Origin: Terriglobia bacterium
GTDB taxonomy: Bacteria; Acidobacteriota; Terriglobia; 20CM-2-55-15
DNA: 64,000 bases
Assembly (NCBI GenBank): GCA_965218585.1
Contig: CBDCLE010000024.1
Location: 321,037-385,036 of the forward strand
Direction: 5' to 3'
The notes beneath the pieces are model-generated. The model was given only the letters and a program-made list of their open reading frames with translations. It had not been told where the DNA came from and did not search any database. Both the position numbers and the translations under genes were made by a program. Shown in pieces: positions 61,259-64,000 of the stretch (its first letter is position 1; every line of letters begins with the position of its first letter).

Positions 61259-62221
61259 ATGGCACCTTCCAACAGCTCACTGTCCCTTAAGGAACTCGAG
61301 ACGAAGTATGCCCGAAGGCAACGACCTGTTTCCCCGCGGACGTTGCGAACGCTTCAGAGGGACCCGAGGACCGGCGCGCAGAAACTTTACCGAAAGCTGA
61401 AGAGGGAGCTGGAACTGGAAAAGACGGAACAGGCCCGTCTCGACGGGATGTTTAGATTCGAACAACCGCTATGGGAGCAGGGAATCAAACGCATCGCGGG
61501 GGTTGATGAAGTGGGGATCGGCCCTATGGCGGGTCCCGTCGTCGCAGCGGCAGCCGTCTTCAGCCCCGGCACACGAATCGAAGGTGTCGACGATTCCAAG
61601 CGCCTCGATCCCGACGTAAGAGAATCTTTGGACGTTCAGATTCGCCGGCGGGCAGTGGGGATCGGCATCGGTGTCATCGAGCCCGACGAAGTAGACCGCC
61701 TGAACGTTTATCATGCGGGTCTCAAAGCAATGCGTCTTGCCGTGGAGTCACTCGATGATCCGCCGCAGCACGTGTTGGTCGATAGCCGGACCATCCCGGG
61801 ACTGCTCCAAACGCAGAACAGCTTTGACCATGGAGATAGCATCAGTTTCTCTATTGCATGCGCCTCCATCGTAGCCAAGGTCTACCGGGACCGCCTGATG
61901 GTCGAGATGAATCGGCGATTTCCCGGTTACGGCTTCGCCGAGCACAAGGGCTACTGCACCGCCACCCACCAGGCTGCTCTCGGCCGGATGGGTCCATGCC
62001 CTATTCACCGACGCTCCTTCGATTTCATTCGGGAAGTTATGGGGGAGTACCAACCCCTCTTTTACGAGTTAAGAGAGGAAATACAGTCTGTGGCGACCTG
62101 GCGCGATCTCAACTCGTGGGATGAGCACTTTGCGCGTAAGCGGGGAGAGCTTTCTCAGGTCGAGAATCGCAAGCTCTCAATCCTGGCTCGGCGCCGCCGG
62201 AAAAGACTTCAGCCCATCTAA
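61259..62221 (+). CDS. rnhB: Ribonuclease HII
   Basis: AGVDEVG.GP.AGPV, DDSKRL, SIVAKVYRD, HKGY and IHRRSF motifs. ATGGCACCTTCC reads on the + strand, so the ORF-track strand label is wrong. Confidence 0.93.
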   Translation: MAPSNSSLSLKELETKYARRQRPVSPRTLRTLQRDPRTGAQKLYRKLKRELELEKTEQARLDGMFRFEQPLWEQGIKRIAGVDEVGIGPMAGPVVAAAAVFSPGTRIEGVDDSKRLDPDVRESLDVQIRRRAVGIGIGVIEPDEVDRLNVYHAGLKAMRLAVESLDDPPQHVLVDSRTIPGLLQTQNSFDHGDSISFSIACASIVAKVYRDRLMVEMNRRFPGYGFAEHKGYCTATHQAALGRMGPCPIHRRSFDFIREVMGEYQPLFYELREEIQSVATWRDLNSWDEHFARKRGELSQVENRKLSILARRRRKRLQPI

Positions 62222-62259
62222 CATTTTCGGAATTTCCTAGTTTAAGGTCCCCTATCTCA

Positions 62260-62994
62260 GGGGATCAGGTAGAGTGTATCGGGGTCTGGCGTCAGCGCAG
62301 CGTATTCGGCTTGCGTGCCGGTCCAGACTTCCAAGAAGCGTTTTCGGCAGCGGGGCGGGGCGGCGATCATCCGCAAAAGATTAGTCTCGAACAGGCGCAT
62401 GGAATCTCAACCCGGCCGTTCGCGAGAACGATAACTCCCTCATGTGTCGCCTTTGGCAAGCTCTTCATATTCGCAGCCCTCTGTCGATGGTGCGGTCGAA
62501 GGTTTCCCACGGGGCCGCGTCGCGCAGGTTGTAGCGGTAGCAGAACTCATCCACATACTTCTGCAGGTGCCGACCGCTGACGCTGTGGAACTGGCCGAAC
62601 ATCCCGCGCTTCAGGAGCGCCCAGAAACCCTCTATCGTGTTCGTGTGGATATCGCCGAACACGTACCACTTGGAGTGGTTGATCACGTTGTGAGGGAGAA
62701 TCCGGCTCATTCCGCTATAGCCCGCGTACTCGTCGGTGACCAATCCAGCCTTGCCGGTGTCGATCCGATCCAGGACAAATGCTCGAAGGTTCCGGGCCTT
62801 CAGCTGGCCCTTCTTCGTCACTTTCGCCGTGACTCGCCCGCCGCGCTCGGCTGCCCCGACAACAGGAGTTTTCTTCGTGCCGCGTCCCGGCTTGGAGGGT
62901 GGCCCGCCCTTCCTCGGCTTTCCGCCGATGTAGGTTTCATCCATCTCGACAATGCCGGTCAGAAGGCTACGCTGGGCGGATTGCCTCATGGCTT
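62260..62994 (-). mobile_element. IS1595 family element, 3' part; transposase fragment 62465-62994 cut by IS256
   Basis: VEMDETYIGG, VTDEYAGY, HTNTIEGFWALLKRG and YVDEFCYRYN motifs; N-terminal Zn-ribbon missing; probable end GGGGATCAGGTA at 62260. Confidence 0.85.
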
Positions 62995-64000
62995 GAGGTC
63001 GTTCCAATCGGTGTGTAAAAAGAGAAGGCGGTGTACGCTTTCGGTGAATTCGAAACCCTAAGCAATCCCGGCAGCAACCGGGAGAAAGGTACACCACCCA
63101 TGAAGAAGAAGAACATACCGGCATCAGTGGCGTCAACGAACGTGTATGAAGGTTTGGAGGACTGGGCGCGGTCCCGGGTCCGAGTCTGGCTACAGGAGCT
63201 GCTTGAGGACGAAGTCACTCAATTTCTGGGTCGGGAAAAGTCGGAGCGGAGTCCGAATCGACGAGGATACCGGAACGGTCACGGGAAACCGCGACGCTTC
63301 GCAATGATGAACGGTACGATGGAGGTTCGACGACCTCGGGTTCGAAACACCGCCGAGCGGTTCGAGAGTCAGATCCTGCCGTATTTTCGACGGAAATCGA
63401 AACAGCTGGGCGAGCTACTTCCCGATCTCTACCTCCACGGTCTGGCCACAGGGGACTTCGAGCAGGCCATGCGCGGACTGCTTGGCGCTGGCGCTCCGTT
63501 GTCGCGAGCATCGATCCAACGACTGAAATCGACCTGGCAGTTGGAGTATGACGAGTGGGTCCAGCAGGACCTGTCCGGCCTCGAGGTCGTGTACCAGTGG
63601 GCAGACGGCTTGTACGTGAAAGCGGGGATCGCGAAAGAGCGAGCGGCATTGCTGGTGATCATCGGAGCCTTGTCAGACGGGCGCAAAGTGGTGTTGGCCT
63701 GTGAGAGCGGGCAGCGGGAAAGCAAGGAGTCCTGGAGCCGCATTCTGCGCAATCTCCAGAGACGGGGCCTGAAGCTGGGACGGCTGACTGTCGCGGACGG
63801 TCACCTGGGCATCTGGTCCGCGCTGGCCGAGCAACAGCCCCAGGGCCAGGAACAACGCTGCTGGAACCACAAGTCGATCAACGTGGTCGATCATCTGCCG
63901 AAGACCGAGCAGCCCGCGGCCAGACAGCTGCTTCATGGGATGGCCTTCGCGAACTCCCGCGCGGCCTGCGAACGAAAGCGGGATCAGTTCGTCCGCCGAT
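62995..64000 (+). mobile_element. IS256 family element, transposase from 63100 running off the window
   Basis: GYRNGHGKPR, LYLHGLATGDF, YQWADGLYVKAG, VADGHLG and QRCWNHK motifs; left end GAGGTCGTTCCAATCGGTGTGTAA. Confidence 0.9.

Noticed and set aside
61259-62221. Minus-strand label for the RNase HII ORF in the supplied track
   Set aside because: The + strand reads ATG GCA CCT TCC AAC (MAPSN) at 61259 and ends with TAA at 62221.
1-64000. CRISPR array, tRNA/rRNA, DGR or retron
   Set aside because: No regularly spaced repeats, RNA-gene signatures or reverse transcriptase motifs were seen. The paralog variation at 9.5-11.2 kb has no RT or template repeat that I could find in the window.

Overview
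A GC-rich bacterial window, most consistent with Acidobacteriota (inferred from the TonB receptors with N-terminal carboxypeptidase-regulatory-like domains, the DUF6152-type expansion and the many exported amidohydrolases). It has no rRNA, tRNA or CRISPR array that I can see. Housekeeping genes (nth, folE, rpiA, serA, rocF, HIT, rnhB) sit among many exported hydrolases, two TonB-dependent receptors and six IS elements or fragments: IS5, two IS256, IS701 and two interrupted IS1595. The main unexplained signal is a repeated uncharacterised cell-envelope module spread over the window. It has (i) five small exported proteins whose predicted mature N-terminus is His-His-Ser with a downstream (N/S)PH (DUF6152-like), (ii) six ~270-370 aa exported partners sharing R-x-I-x-x-DGR...G(H/D)S(I/V)G...ER...V(E/D)DP, and (iii) a pair of 4-TM proteins with a conserved His (DUF6644-like). 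Two of the clusters lie downstream of a TonB receptor. I infer, without proof, a periplasmic His-brace metal (Cu) handling or redox system. Other points: an adenylate cyclase with an in-frame amber codon plus a catalytic D->N change, GTAG-type REP elements, and a stretch of dense frameshifts at 50.3-54.6 kb that may be consensus errors. The supplied ORF track mislabels the strand of rnhB (61259-62221), which is on the + strand. Family names come from motif recognition, not database searches.
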